Assembly (NCBI GenBank): GCA_038496445.1
Contig: JALMLS010000204.1
Location: forward strand, 248,001-312,000
Direction of reading: 5' to 3'
Length of the DNA stretch: 64,000 nucleotides
From: Trichosphaerium sp. ATCC 40318
Lineage: Eukaryota > Protista > Tubulinea
The position numbers and the translations under genes are program-made. The notes under the pieces are model-generated. The model did no database searches, was not told the DNA's origin, and saw only the letters and a list, made by a program, of their open reading frames with translations. Below are positions 12,600-23,563 of this stretch, one piece after another (position 1 is the first letter of the stretch; each line of letters starts with the position of its first letter).

Positions 12600-14645
12600 A
12601 TGACTAACGTAAAAATCGGTGATTTGGTCTGGGTTAAGCTTGGTGACTATCCGTACTGGCCTGCAAAAGTAATTGGATTTTTTACATCAAAACTTGTTTA
12701 TACAGTGTTTCGCCTCGTTTATTATGCTTCACTGCCGCGCTGTTATTGTTTTTAAAAGTTTAACAGCAATTTAGCGGGAAGAGCCAGATGACGCTGAAGG
12801 AGACAACGTACGCGATGCCGATGGTGAGCAGATATTTGTGTACTTCTTTGGAAGCCACGACTGGTACTAAAACGAATTAATACCTGTCACGCCCCTAAAC
12901 AGCTATAGCTCATGGGTAGAGGCTAAAAGTAAACAAGTAAAGTCCTGGAAGAAGCACTACGCTGAGTACAGTAGAATCAACAGATCTTTTACAGATGCGC
13001 GGCTATTTGACGCTGCCTTGAAGGAAGCAAAGGAATATAACGAAACTGGGACTATTACAGCCTTGTTAACAAAAAGCGGTTCAAAAACATCTCGTCCATC
13101 AACAAAGTACGCAGACGACAACGACGATAAAGTATATATGTGTGGTTATTGTAAAACGGATATAACGGTTGTAAGGTAAGCATATTTTACAAAAAAAGGT
13201 GGAAATATTGACACTTTTTTTCTTAGATACAGTAACAACTCTGAGAACTTTCACCTCTGTGAGTTTTGTTATTGTTCAAAGGAAATTCACCCACATCACG
13301 TTGAGAAAGTAAAGATGAAGCTTCCAGGTAATCACAAGCGTGGCAATCACACGAACAATTTTTGTTTGAAATGACTTGAACTTTTTCTTACTTTTTTTTT
13401 ACCTTCAGAGTTGATTCGTTGGGAGTACACTGATCCTGCGAGTGGAAATGAATTGATTTTGACGCCAGTAACCACTGCTTTACCAAATGCGAAAACACTG
13501 CGGGAAAGGAATATTGTAGCTGTACGATAATGTCACATTTTTGATTTTCGGTTTTTTTCAGAACTTCCCAATTTTTTTCCCTCTTTTTCTGAATGGTGTA
13601 ATTTAGGTTCTCTCTGCTATAGATTTAAAAAGAAATTATGATGGTAAAGTTCGTCCTCTGAGAGAACTTTTTTTCAAAAATAGTAAACACTACAGCACTG
13701 TAAAATGCGAGGATTCAAGAGTTGTTTATCATCATGTTGAGATGCAAGATGTGACAAACCCTCAACTTATTCTAAAGCGATCACCAGAACTTTTTGAAGA
13801 TGCTAGTATGTGGATAACTACTGCTCTCAAATACGGGAATGTTTTAGTTCATTGTGAAAGGGTACGTCCAAATTATTTTGTTTGTGTAAAACGTCTTTTT
13901 TGTATGTTTTTTATGGTTTTCTTCTTCACAATAGATTATGACAAGCCACGTGTTATCCGTGTTGGAAACCTGGATCCAGGTCCATGGTGTTACAAAATTC
14001 TCAATATAACTACACGTGACTTATAACCACGACTATGGTGAACTTTCATCAAAAACTACCAAAACCTTAAAAGAATTTTTCTTCTTTTTACTTTTTCTCC
14101 TATTGTACTCACATGTCTATTATAGGGTGAGCGTCGATCATGTACGCTAATGTTAGCATGGCTTATTTCCCAAGGACTCAGCACCAAACAGTACGCATAA
14201 GCCAGATCTTATTAAAACTTTAATTAATTTTTCATCAAATAGAGCTATCAACAAAATCGACGAAGACTACACTGGTGAGATAAGAGATTGGGGAGAAAAC
14301 TATAAGAGAACACGCCAGAAGTGGTGTAGCAAGTTGAAGTCATGGTCTAATAACCATACATCACGTATTGCATCTTGGCGTGTTGCACATGCCAAGAGAA
14401 TAAAAAAATGGAATAAGCTTCATAGGGAGATTAGCTCACTTCCTGTTCACGTGCCAAAACCGTTACCTGTTGTTGATATTATGGAAGAAAAAGAAAACCA
14501 GAACCCAGATCCCGTCCCGGCCAATAACAGCGCATCCTCAAAGAAGAGAAAACGAATAGATGAAGGAGGCGATGACTCTTCAACAAAGAAACGAAAAGTG
14601 AGAACAATGGCTGACTTCCTTGTTAAGAAACCAATCTCTACATGA
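12600..14645 (+). CDS. PWWP + ZZ-like zinc finger + dual-specificity phosphatase fusion protein (multi-exon)
   Basis: PWWP: IGDLVWVKLGDYPYWPAK..IFVYFFGSHDCSWV..FDAALKEA. ZZ-like: YMCGYCKTDI..RY..FHLCEFCYCSKEIHPHH. DSP: GNVLVHCERGERRSCTLMLAWL after splicing 13862-14125. Basic NLS-like tail with a PIP-like end (RTMADFL). Confidence 0.8.
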
Positions 14646-14883
14646 TTATGGTGATCATTCTGGTGATGTTACTAGTATGATTACATATCATAGAGAGTAT
14701 ACTGTACCCATCTTCTTTTTTGTTCCATTGGACAGCCTCCAATGTTGTAAATAAACAAAAAAATTAGATTACTCATTTTTCGAAATGAATCTATTTTATT
14801 CTTTTCTTTTTATCAGCAATGGTAGTAATATTTTACGAGCTTGATGTAATTATATTACTACCTCATCTTTACTGTTAATGTAA

Positions 14884-15693
14884 TTAGTTACTTCTAATTG
14901 GCCACTGTTTTTCCAGCTGGTGTATATTCTTGTCATTTTCCATTTGTCTAACTACTAAATGACCATTGTCCCAACTCTTGTATTCTCCATGTAGTTTTCC
15001 ATTGACATAGTTGCTCTGAACCCACAATTGACCATTTTCATGCCACCTCTCGAGCATCCCTTCTCGTTTACCATTGGCGTAACTGGTCTGCTCCCACAAT
15101 TGGCCATTATCATACCACCTCTTGTACTCTCCTTCTCGTTTGCCATTTATATAACTATACTGCTGCTTCAATTGGCCACGCTTATACCACTGCTTGTACT
15201 CTCCATGTCGTTTACCTTTTATGTAGTTAACTTGTACTCTCAATCGGCCATTGTCATGCCACTCCTTGTACTCTCCATCTTGTAAGCTGTTGATAAAATT
15301 ACATTGCATATACAATTGGCCATCTTCTCGCCACTCTTTGTGTTCTCCATGTTGGCCACCATTGACAAAATTACGTTGCGTCTTCAATTGCCCATTTTCA
15401 TACCACTTCTTGTATTCTCCATGTTGTTTACCATTGACATAATTGTATTGTAAATTCAATTGGCCATTTGAATTTGTATACCAAATATTGCATTCACCAT
15501 GCTCTTTTCCATGTTTCCAATACTGTTGGCGAACTATTTGGCGATTTATTTTGTTCTGCCATTTTCCATGTTTGTTCATCTCATCATCGTACCTTGTCAT
15601 CATTGCTGCCTGTTTCGCAAGAAGTGGCCAAATTAAATACAATGATGTGTCTAGATCAATGATATCTAGTTGAATCTCAACTGGAAGGCACAA
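14884..15693 (-). CDS. F-box-like + MORN-variant (MORN_2/YwqK-type) repeat protein, intronless; possibly pseudogenised at the 5' end
   Basis: LPVEIQLDII F-box-like start followed by about 8 24-aa repeats (GEYKxWYxNGQLxxQxNYxNGK). No in-frame ATG before the F-box: there is an in-frame TAG where the paralog at 45798 has AAG. Confidence 0.8.
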   Translation of the reverse strand: MCLPVEIQLDIIDLDTSLYLIWPLLAKQAAMMTRYDDEMNKHGKWQNKINRQIVRQQYWKHGKEHGECNIWYTNSNGQLNLQYNYVNGKQHGEYKKWYENGQLKTQRNFVNGGQHGEHKEWREDGQLYMQCNFINSLQDGEYKEWHDNGRLRVQVNYIKGKRHGEYKQWYKRGQLKQQYSYINGKREGEYKRWYDNGQLWEQTSYANGKREGMLERWHENGQLWVQSNYVNGKLHGEYKSWDNGHLVVRQMENDKNIHQLEKQWPIRSN

Positions 15694-15774
15694 AAGATGG
15701 CAATCATTTGATTGTAAAGTAAATCCCTATTGTTGTTCATTAATGTCCTTAATTTTGTGCTCAAAGCGTGTTAA

Positions 15775-16515
15775 CAGTACTAAAATGAAAACGGGATTTT
15801 TGTAGAGAATCACCACAAAATCTCTAAAATTGGTGATTTTGTAGTGATTTCCACCAAAAATCTCATTTTCCTCCAGAGATTTTTGAGAGATTCTCTCAAA
15901 AATCTCATTTGGTGAGAATTTGTGGAAAACTCTCTTTTGATTTTGAGAATTTTGGAGAAACTCTCATTTTCTACTAAATTTTGGGATTTTTGGAGAAAAT
16001 CTCTACTTTACGTTTTGAGTCCCCAAACGTATCTAACGTAACTTAATGTTTAAAAGTCATTCCGTAGTATTTAACAAAAAATGACCTCTCATGCGCTCCG
16101 CTTACAAAAAAAAGTACTATCGTTTACATCTAATTTTATTAACATGTACTAGCATTTAAAGTGATTTTTTGGTAGACTGTTCCTTTTTTTTATTTCACTT
16201 GGCCTTACGATACCAACAACTTTGATAGGAGATTAATTGGTGGTTTTTTTGTAATTGTAACTTCATGTATTGTAATAATAATAAATAACTACACTTGTGC
16301 TTTAAAATCTCAATACGTTTACTTGACCTCCTAACCCCTAACTCTACCTTTTTGAAAGTTGAGAAAAAAGGAGAGAATCTCTAGAGAATTCTCTGGTGAT
16401 TTTCTAGAGAATTCTCAGGTTATTTTAGGAAGAAATTCACAGAGATTGGTGGTCCAAAATCTCAGAGATTTTAGGGGGTGAATCTCTCGATTTTTCTCAA
16501 TTTTTTTTAGTACTG
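15775..16515. mobile_element. Non-autonomous TIR DNA transposon (MITE), 741 bp
   Basis: Termini CAGTACTAAAA (15775) and TTTTAGTACTG (16515) are inverted repeats with further imperfect similarity (agagaatcaccacaaaatctct vs revcomp agagattcaccccctaaaatctct). Dense subterminal AAATCTC/AGAGAATTCTCT repeats at both ends, non-coding AT-rich middle, flanked by AA on both sides. Confidence 0.8.
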
Positions 16516-16970
16516 AATTGATACCTTGGATGGGCTAGTGTTGGTACATGTCAGCATTATGAATACAATGGCAATAGACAATTAGAGGTGGCCGGACCGT
16601 TTCACATAAAAATTCCTTACCAGCCTGGACCGTTTATTCTCTCAATGTCTTAAACCAAAAAACGGACGAATCCAGCTTAGACCGGTTTAAAATCTTAACT
16701 TGAACCGTATTTGTCATCTCTTGTTTCCCAGTTGCTTACCATTGACATAATTACATTAATGGTGAAAGTACGGAAGCAATGTAAATTCAGTTTACCATAT
16801 CTTAATGTGAGTATTTCATGGCGCTTGTCAAACTCAGTCGTCAACTACCATCTGACACTTTAACATCATACAACTTTGTTCAAGGCTCAACCAGAGCTAT
16901 TTTCGTTCAGGCAATGAACTGATGATCTTCAGCAACAGTAGTAACTAATGTTTTACTAAATGACCTACAA

Positions 16971-17586
16971 TTATAATACTGCCTTATATTCACCATTGAT
17001 GTAACTTGTAATTGGCCAGTATTCTTCCACCTCTTGTGGTCTCATATGTTTTGTACCATTTAAGTAATTACATTGCATTGAAAGTTTGCCATTGTAGTTC
17101 CACCTCATGTGTTCTCCATGTCGTTTACCATCGATGTAATTGCTCTTCTCCTTTAATTGCCCATTGTCATACCATATCTTGAGCTTTTTCTCGTTTATTA
17201 TGGATGTAGCTACACTGCTCCTGCAATTGGCCATTATTATACCACCTCTTGAAATCACCATGTTGTATGCCATTAAGGTAAAAGCACTGCTCCCACAAGG
17301 TGCCATTCCTATGCCACCTCTCGTACTTTCCTTGTCCCTTACCATTAACAACATTGCCTTGTTCCTTCAATTGGCCATTCTCATGCCATTCCATATACTC
17401 TCCATGTTGTTTATCATCTATGTAATTACAATGCTCCCACAATTGCCCATTGCTGTGCCACTTCTTGTATTCTCCATGTTGTTTACCATCGACATAATTA
17501 CATTGTAAAGTCAGTTGGCCATTTGAATGCGAAACAAAGTAATGTCTGGAACTAAAAAAACATATCACATAGAGTAACACTACCAA
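16971..17586 (-). pseudogene. MORN-variant repeat gene fragment with frameshift (paralog of 14884..15693)
   Basis: Repeats are split across two frames (ORFs 17167..17586 and 16971..17354; shift near 17190). It shares the SNGQL start and WPI(R/T)S tail with the 14884 copy. No F-box exon is visible. Confidence 0.7.
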
Positions 17587-18384
17587 TGGTCAACGCAATT
17601 AAATGATAAATGGTCAACGACGATGACATTACAATTACTTTCATTTCAAAAATTTGAATATATTTCGAAGAATCACGTGTTCAAAATAAAAACATTTTTT
17701 ATTTTTTTCTCAAAACATGAGGTTTTTTGGTTGTTGCTTACAAAATCCATAGGTTTTCAATTAAGGGCGTTCTCCTGGATTAAGAGAAAAGCTTGAAATT
17801 TGCCAATTTTTACACTGGTTATTCTACCCATATAGGGCTTCCTCCTTTGAGCTCGAGAGCAACACAGGTTGCCTTTAAAAAATGCACAAAAAAACCCTGT
17901 TTAAACTCACTTTCCATTTCCGAAAACACTCTAAAACATATTTCACCACACTATAAACGCGTTTTAGACGATTTTACGTCATTTCTTAGTATAAAACCAG
18001 TATTCAAACTTCAGTTTTGGTTTTTATGCTTTCCATAGCGATGGTGATAATATACCAGAGTTCAACGCCAATTCAACTGTGTGTAAAAAAAAAAAATTAC
18101 TAAATTAAGATTTCACTTTCTAAAATAAGAAATTCAATCTTTAAACCTTATATTCGAAGCCAAAACCTTTTGAAATCATACCAAATGGGTGTGGATGCTT
18201 TATTGGTAAGTTTTTAGAGCAATACAAGGAGGTGTAACAAAGCCAAAAAAACAACCAAACTTCAGCAAATACATACCCTAAACTGTATATTCGAAGCTGA
18301 ATTTAGTTTTACTGCTTCTACTTAGTGTGTTTTATGTATAGGATGAGTATCGTTACTATTGGAGGAGGTGTAAAATAGTCAATT

Positions 18385-19014
18385 TCAAACCTGGAGAACG
18401 CCCTTAATCAAACCAGCAACTCTCCAGAACCTTAGTATACCTGCGCGACTTCTAGTAGAGTCATCTATAACGCCATTTACAACATTTACAGTATCACAAC
18501 GTTCAGGGCTCGACCACTCTTTGTACAAACCGTGTACGTACCCATTTTTGTAGTTGCACTCAATTGATTGGTTTCCATCTAGACCCCATTGTTTATACAA
18601 GCCATCCCTCAGATCATCTGTATAAGAACCACACTGTTTTATATTACCGTTTTTGTACCATTCCGTATATTCTCCGTTACGTTTGTTGTCCTTGTACATA
18701 CACCTATAAACAAGTACGTCATCGTCTTTTTGAGTGTGTTCACCGTGTTTTAAACCGTTTTTGTATGTATATTGCAATAAACGTCTTCCACCGCCTAGCC
18801 ATTGCCTATACGTGCCATCTATTACGTCGTTCTTGTATTCAATTGATTTAAATACCCCGCGTACATTCCAATACTTAAAAGTGCCATGCTTTTCAAGATC
18901 CTCGTTGTAGCGTATTCCAGACGTAGCGTAGCATAAACTAGGCCATTTTGTATAAATCTCAGCGTCGTGTCGCCAAACAGCGTAAAGAATCTCAGGAGGA
19001 AGGTTAAGTAACAT
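18385..19014 (-). CDS. F-box-like + MORN-variant repeat protein, intact and intronless
   Basis: ATG start, MLLNLPPEILYAVW F-box-like motif, repeats such as NGEYTEWYKNGNIKQCGSY and DGLYKQWGLDGNQSIECNYKNG. Confidence 0.82.
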   Translation of the reverse strand: MLLNLPPEILYAVWRHDAEIYTKWPSLCYATSGIRYNEDLEKHGTFKYWNVRGVFKSIEYKNDVIDGTYRQWLGGGRRLLQYTYKNGLKHGEHTQKDDDVLVYRCMYKDNKRNGEYTEWYKNGNIKQCGSYTDDLRDGLYKQWGLDGNQSIECNYKNGYVHGLYKEWSSPERCDTVNVVNGVIDDSTRSRAGILRFWRVAGLIKGVLQV

Positions 19015-19564
19015 CGAAATACCTATTAACCGGTTCGTTGCGTAGGTTTATGACAACAAGAGAGAATTGCTTTCAACAAACGGTGACTGTCATAAACATT
19101 CAACTTTTGCTTGAATTTGCAACCCCTTTGAGCTGTAGCAACATAAGATATGTGAATTTTAGAATAAAACGTACTGTGATTAAGTCTATAGTTTTTTACG
19201 GTAAATTTGATAAAAGCACGTGTTATACTTTTCACGCAACAAGTCGTAGCGACAAGAATGATTAGCAAATTTTTACAGTTGTTTTTGGCAATGATCGGTT
19301 TATTGATACCCATGAACTGCTTAATAGCAATAATATGGGCTTTGGGCTTTGTTTCTGTGCGGAAAAGGCCATTTGCTCAGTTCCTAATTTTCTTTTACAG
19401 GAGACTGCTATAATTGTTGTTGTGAGTGCTGGGGGCTCTTGTCTTGTAATATTGGGCTCAATAGTGTATGTATTTGGATGTACATTAAATTCAAGTAAGA
19501 CAGTCAATGAATCATCACTTTAAATTCACGTTTTCACAATAATTCTTAATCCACTGTAGCTGAT

Positions 19565-20801
19565 ATGAAGGTGCGGATGAGAGCAGTCATTATTCTACTA
19601 CCTTTCATCGCTCTGTGTTGTGCTTATTTAGCTGGTGGAGTAGTTGGATTCACTGGACATCCATTTTTCTACTTTGAGAAGGATGGTAATTGAACAAATA
19701 AATTTTTTTTGAGTTTAAGTATCTTTTTAGGCGTTACTACTATCGATTTAGATATATTGGAGAGTATTAATGCTGGTGGTGAAATTCCAGATATATCAGC
19801 TTTTGGATACATATTTACAGAACAGTATAATGTTATTACGAACAGTGCATTGCACGTGATTTAAGCAGAAAAAAAACCCGCAAAAAACTGATTTTTGATT
19901 GTTTGTATCCTGACGTCTGCACTGTAGATGGGGAAGGTACACGTATTTATGTGACAGAGAACTTAATTGTAGTGTTTGTGTCACACCACTTTCTTTCAAC
20001 ATTGGAACAGTGAATGGAACAGTACGTACAATCATATCTTACAATCAAAAGCTAAAAATGGAATGAAGGAGCGTTCTGCGTTTTTTTTTGGTTGTACTAT
20101 CAGAAATAGCGGCGATTGCACAAGCAAAAGAAATGAGTGTATTGACAGATGGTTTGACAAGGGTCCAAAAGGTGAAGCTACCCGTTTATACAATCGAGCT
20201 GGGAAAATACCTAAGTTTCAAAACGTACGTCAACAACATGTCCCTAAGTCGATTTCACTCCTTTTTTCGCTACCCACTAGAGCACAACTTTTGTTACTAG
20301 GTCGGGAGCCTATAAATCCAAGAGTTCTTTTTTTTTTGCCCAGCAATGGTAAATTTCCTTGTTTGTTTGATGCTTCCTCTTTTTTTCTTATTTTTTTGTT
20401 TAACGTTATGTAAGGCCATTTCAAACAGAGGACTTCCTACAGTAAAGAACCCTCTAATATTAGAAGATAAGAATATATACGATACATACGAGACATCAAA
20501 AACAATCTTTATAGGTACATTATTAGCATTAAACATAATATACTTGATGATTGGCTCTTTCATGCTTTTATGGATAAAAATACGATACAGTTATGGCAAT
20601 AAAAAATCACGAAATAATGGAACCTCTAAAAATTCAAATGTTTCAAGTATACAAATGAATGTAAAACCCTCTTCTACTGCAGCTACTGGTGACTCTGGTA
20701 ATTCCTCAGGTACAGGAAGTTCTACAGTTGATCTTCTAGGGGCTGGAATGACTCCTAGAGAATATGGTGACAGTCCTTATGACCAAGAAAGTTCTCACTA
20801 A
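19565..20801 (+). CDS. Type I membrane protein of unknown function (multi-exon)
   Basis: Signal peptide MKVRMRAVIILLPFIALCCA, GT-AG introns, and a last exon with a TM helix (IFIGTLLALNIIYLMIGSFMLLWI) and a Ser/Gly-rich tail. Confidence 0.5.
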
Positions 20802-21010
20802 CAAGATAGATAGTATTGTACATAAACAAAATTACACAACATAGTATTTTAATACAGTTATTTTTTACACAAAGGGTGGGTGTAAATAAGCCCCTGTGTT
20901 GTTAAGAAGCCTTCTTTGACTGAAGAAGTATGGATAAGCAATGTTATTATAATTACATACAAATAATAAAACACAACTTCTAAACCATTTTTATTGTAAT
21001 AGACAACAGT

Positions 21011-23383
21011 TTATGATCTTAACTCCTCTGGGTATGATGTATAAGCTACACATAAACTTCTTATATACCACAAGTCTTGAAATACACGATAACTTGCAGT
21101 TCTGTCCAAGTAACCAACACCTTTTGTTCAAAGTTAGAATTCTACTTCAAATTGAAGGAAAAAAAAAAGTTTACCTGAAGATCCGCCTGTGCCTATACGC
21201 CTTCCAATCATCATTTCTACCATACGTGAATGACGTTGTCTCCATATAGTAACACCTTGTTCCAGCTTTATAAATGCTTCTACAACCTCACATTGGTTAA
21301 GGTATTTATTATTCCATCGATAAGTCATTAAGAATAATGCTGTTGTTCTTGCATCTCCTAATAAATTCAACTGGTTCCCATTACTTCCTTTTATTGGTTC
21401 AGTGCTCCTCGTTATCATTAGCAACAGTACACAAGGAATAAAATACAAAAGAAATGAAAGAAAGGCAAGTGCTGTGTACCTGAAAAATTGTTTCAATGTT
21501 GTGAGTTGAGCTCTTGTATCGGCGTCACTTGCTGCAATATTCTTTATTTGCCTTTGAAGAAGTATTAATGGTTATAGTATATTACTATGATTTATTGGCA
21601 TGGTAATAAAATAGCGTACCGTCTAAGTAAGTCAAGTTGTTTTGACTTTAGTTTAGCGATTATTTTACAGAATGTTCCAAAATCTAAGGTTGTTACAGAT
21701 GGCGGTTGTACTCCAATATCAAGCTTTGCAAGAGCTACTCTTAGTGCTTTTGTTGGATTTGTTTCAAATCCTTTCTTATCTTCGTTGTAAATAGTATTCA
21801 AATGGCTTTAACAAAAACAAGTAAGAAGCGAGAACAAATCAAACAAAAAAAATAGAAAAAAATAAGAAAATATTGTTGGGTCTTTTGGTTTTCAAAGAAA
21901 ACTTTCTGTACGCACCCGCCGTCAATAAGACTTAATAAATCTTCTCTGTTTCTGAATATCTTTGTCTTGACAGCAAGTTGAGATAGCTTCTTTTCAAACT
22001 GGGCTTGTTTCTTCTCAAAGAAACATGCCATAAATTCTGATTTTTTAGGTATTTTAAGTTGAGCTAGCCAAGTGTATAGCGCTGTTTTTAAATTAGTTTC
22101 GCTCAATCTAGCATCTAGAATAGGTGAAAAATCTTCTCTAGGACAAGTGAAACTATCCCTATGAGCAAAAACAGTCAGACAACAATCAAATGAAAAAAAC
22201 CAAAAAAATTTGAAAAACACGATTTCTTAAATTTCTTGTTTGTATCAAAAAGTCATTCTCTACTCGTAGCACGCGCGTAAATATCAAGTGCTTGCGCGTA
22301 GACGAATTAATTCGTGTTGGCGTAAAGACGTTTAAAAGTACTTTCGAACCTGTAGTCATGTCCTGCACATTTAAATCGGCCTTTATCTTCAAGGCCAATT
22401 AAAATCTCAATTTCTCTCATCTGCAGTGATTGAAACCCTGATGCAGGTGATAATACCTCTCTGAATTCTAAAAAGTCGACAGGTTCCTACAAAAAAGACA
22501 AAGGAGTCAAGAAAATGATAAAACAAAAATACAGTTGAGATGACAAACAAAAAAAAATCTTTCGTTGGGATTTGTTTGCTCACCATCGTTTCCATTGCTA
22601 TAAACCCATTGGTTGCAATACGCATAATCTTATCAGCGCGTTTAACTCTGTGCGCAATAATTCTTAGTGCTTGACTGAGTGACAGCTTCGCTTCTTTGTC
22701 TTTTATTATGTTCACTTTCTTAGTTCTCGTAATTTTGACTTCATTCGTGTCAGCAGGTAGAGAGTTGATGCATAAGAGAGCATCACGAACCTACAAAAAA
22801 AAGAAAAATAAATAAAAAAAATCGTTGGTAGGAAAAGGCAAGAGTGCCCGCAATTGTTTTTATAAGCAATGCGCGTACCCAATCTAGTTCCCATAGTATT
22901 TGCTTGAACCAAACCTCAAAAGCTTGATGGACGACAATAAATACTACACAAGGTTAGATTAAAGGATTTAGGAGGTAATAACAGCGTACAATGTTCGTCG
23001 TGGTGATGTAAACCTTTGCCTGTACATAATCATTAGAGCGATATTTCTTGCGTATTGCGTACCTTCTCGGCCTGTTTGGAGTGATTTGAGCTCTTCTGGG
23101 TGTATGTAATTCCAATACCTACGCAAAACTGTAAATGTGCGTGTCATTTGCAACTGACGTACGTTACAGGATATGAATACTCGACAGAGCCAGTTTTGTT
23201 ACCGTCGGCCTCTTATTCACAGTAAGATACGCGTAGAACGACTAACGCACCTGTCATAACGCCCAAGCCAGTGTTGAGGTAATCAAGAACTCTGTCAGGA
23301 GCGGGTACAGCCGGTTTAACTGGGCATTTCGCCTCTCCATTCTCCTTAGTATCCTGCGTACTGTAAGCGCTAGCGTAAGCCAT
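21011..23383 (-). CDS. TDO2: Tryptophan 2,3-dioxygenase (multi-exon)
   Basis: [61 protein letters not shown] and WRQRHSRMVEMMIGRRIGTGGSSGVGYL (heme-His and GTGGS loop). Confidence 0.93.
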
Positions 23384-23563
23384 AGACCATAATTCAACTG
23401 ACCTGCATTTTGTAGACGTTGTATGATCGCTACTTTCGTTGTTTAACTCAAGTGTCAATGTGCCTTTGCAAACTGTTAAATGAAACGCAGGAAAAAGCGT
23501 CACAACAATTCGCGTATTGTCAAGGCGGCGTTTTTTTTAGACTAGTGTTAACGCCCAAACAAC

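Noticed and set aside
14955-15673. Several overlapping alternative-frame and antisense ORFs over the MORN repeats (also 17140-17508 and 46471-46761)
   Set aside because: Shadow ORFs produced by the periodic repeat sequence, with no independent protein features.
15790-16010. Short repeated AAATCTC/GAGA motifs that could suggest a CRISPR array or telomeric repeat
   Set aside because: Irregular and degenerate with no constant repeat-spacer period; better explained as MITE subterminal repeats.
17590-18380. AT-rich spacer with short repeats (ATATTCGAAGC x2, GGAGGTGTAA x2)
   Set aside because: No terminal inverted repeats, TSD or coding signal could be established.
19038-19523. Possible small membrane-protein gene on the plus strand
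   Set aside because: No convincing start or exon chain and no recognisable motif; it may be a gene fragment.
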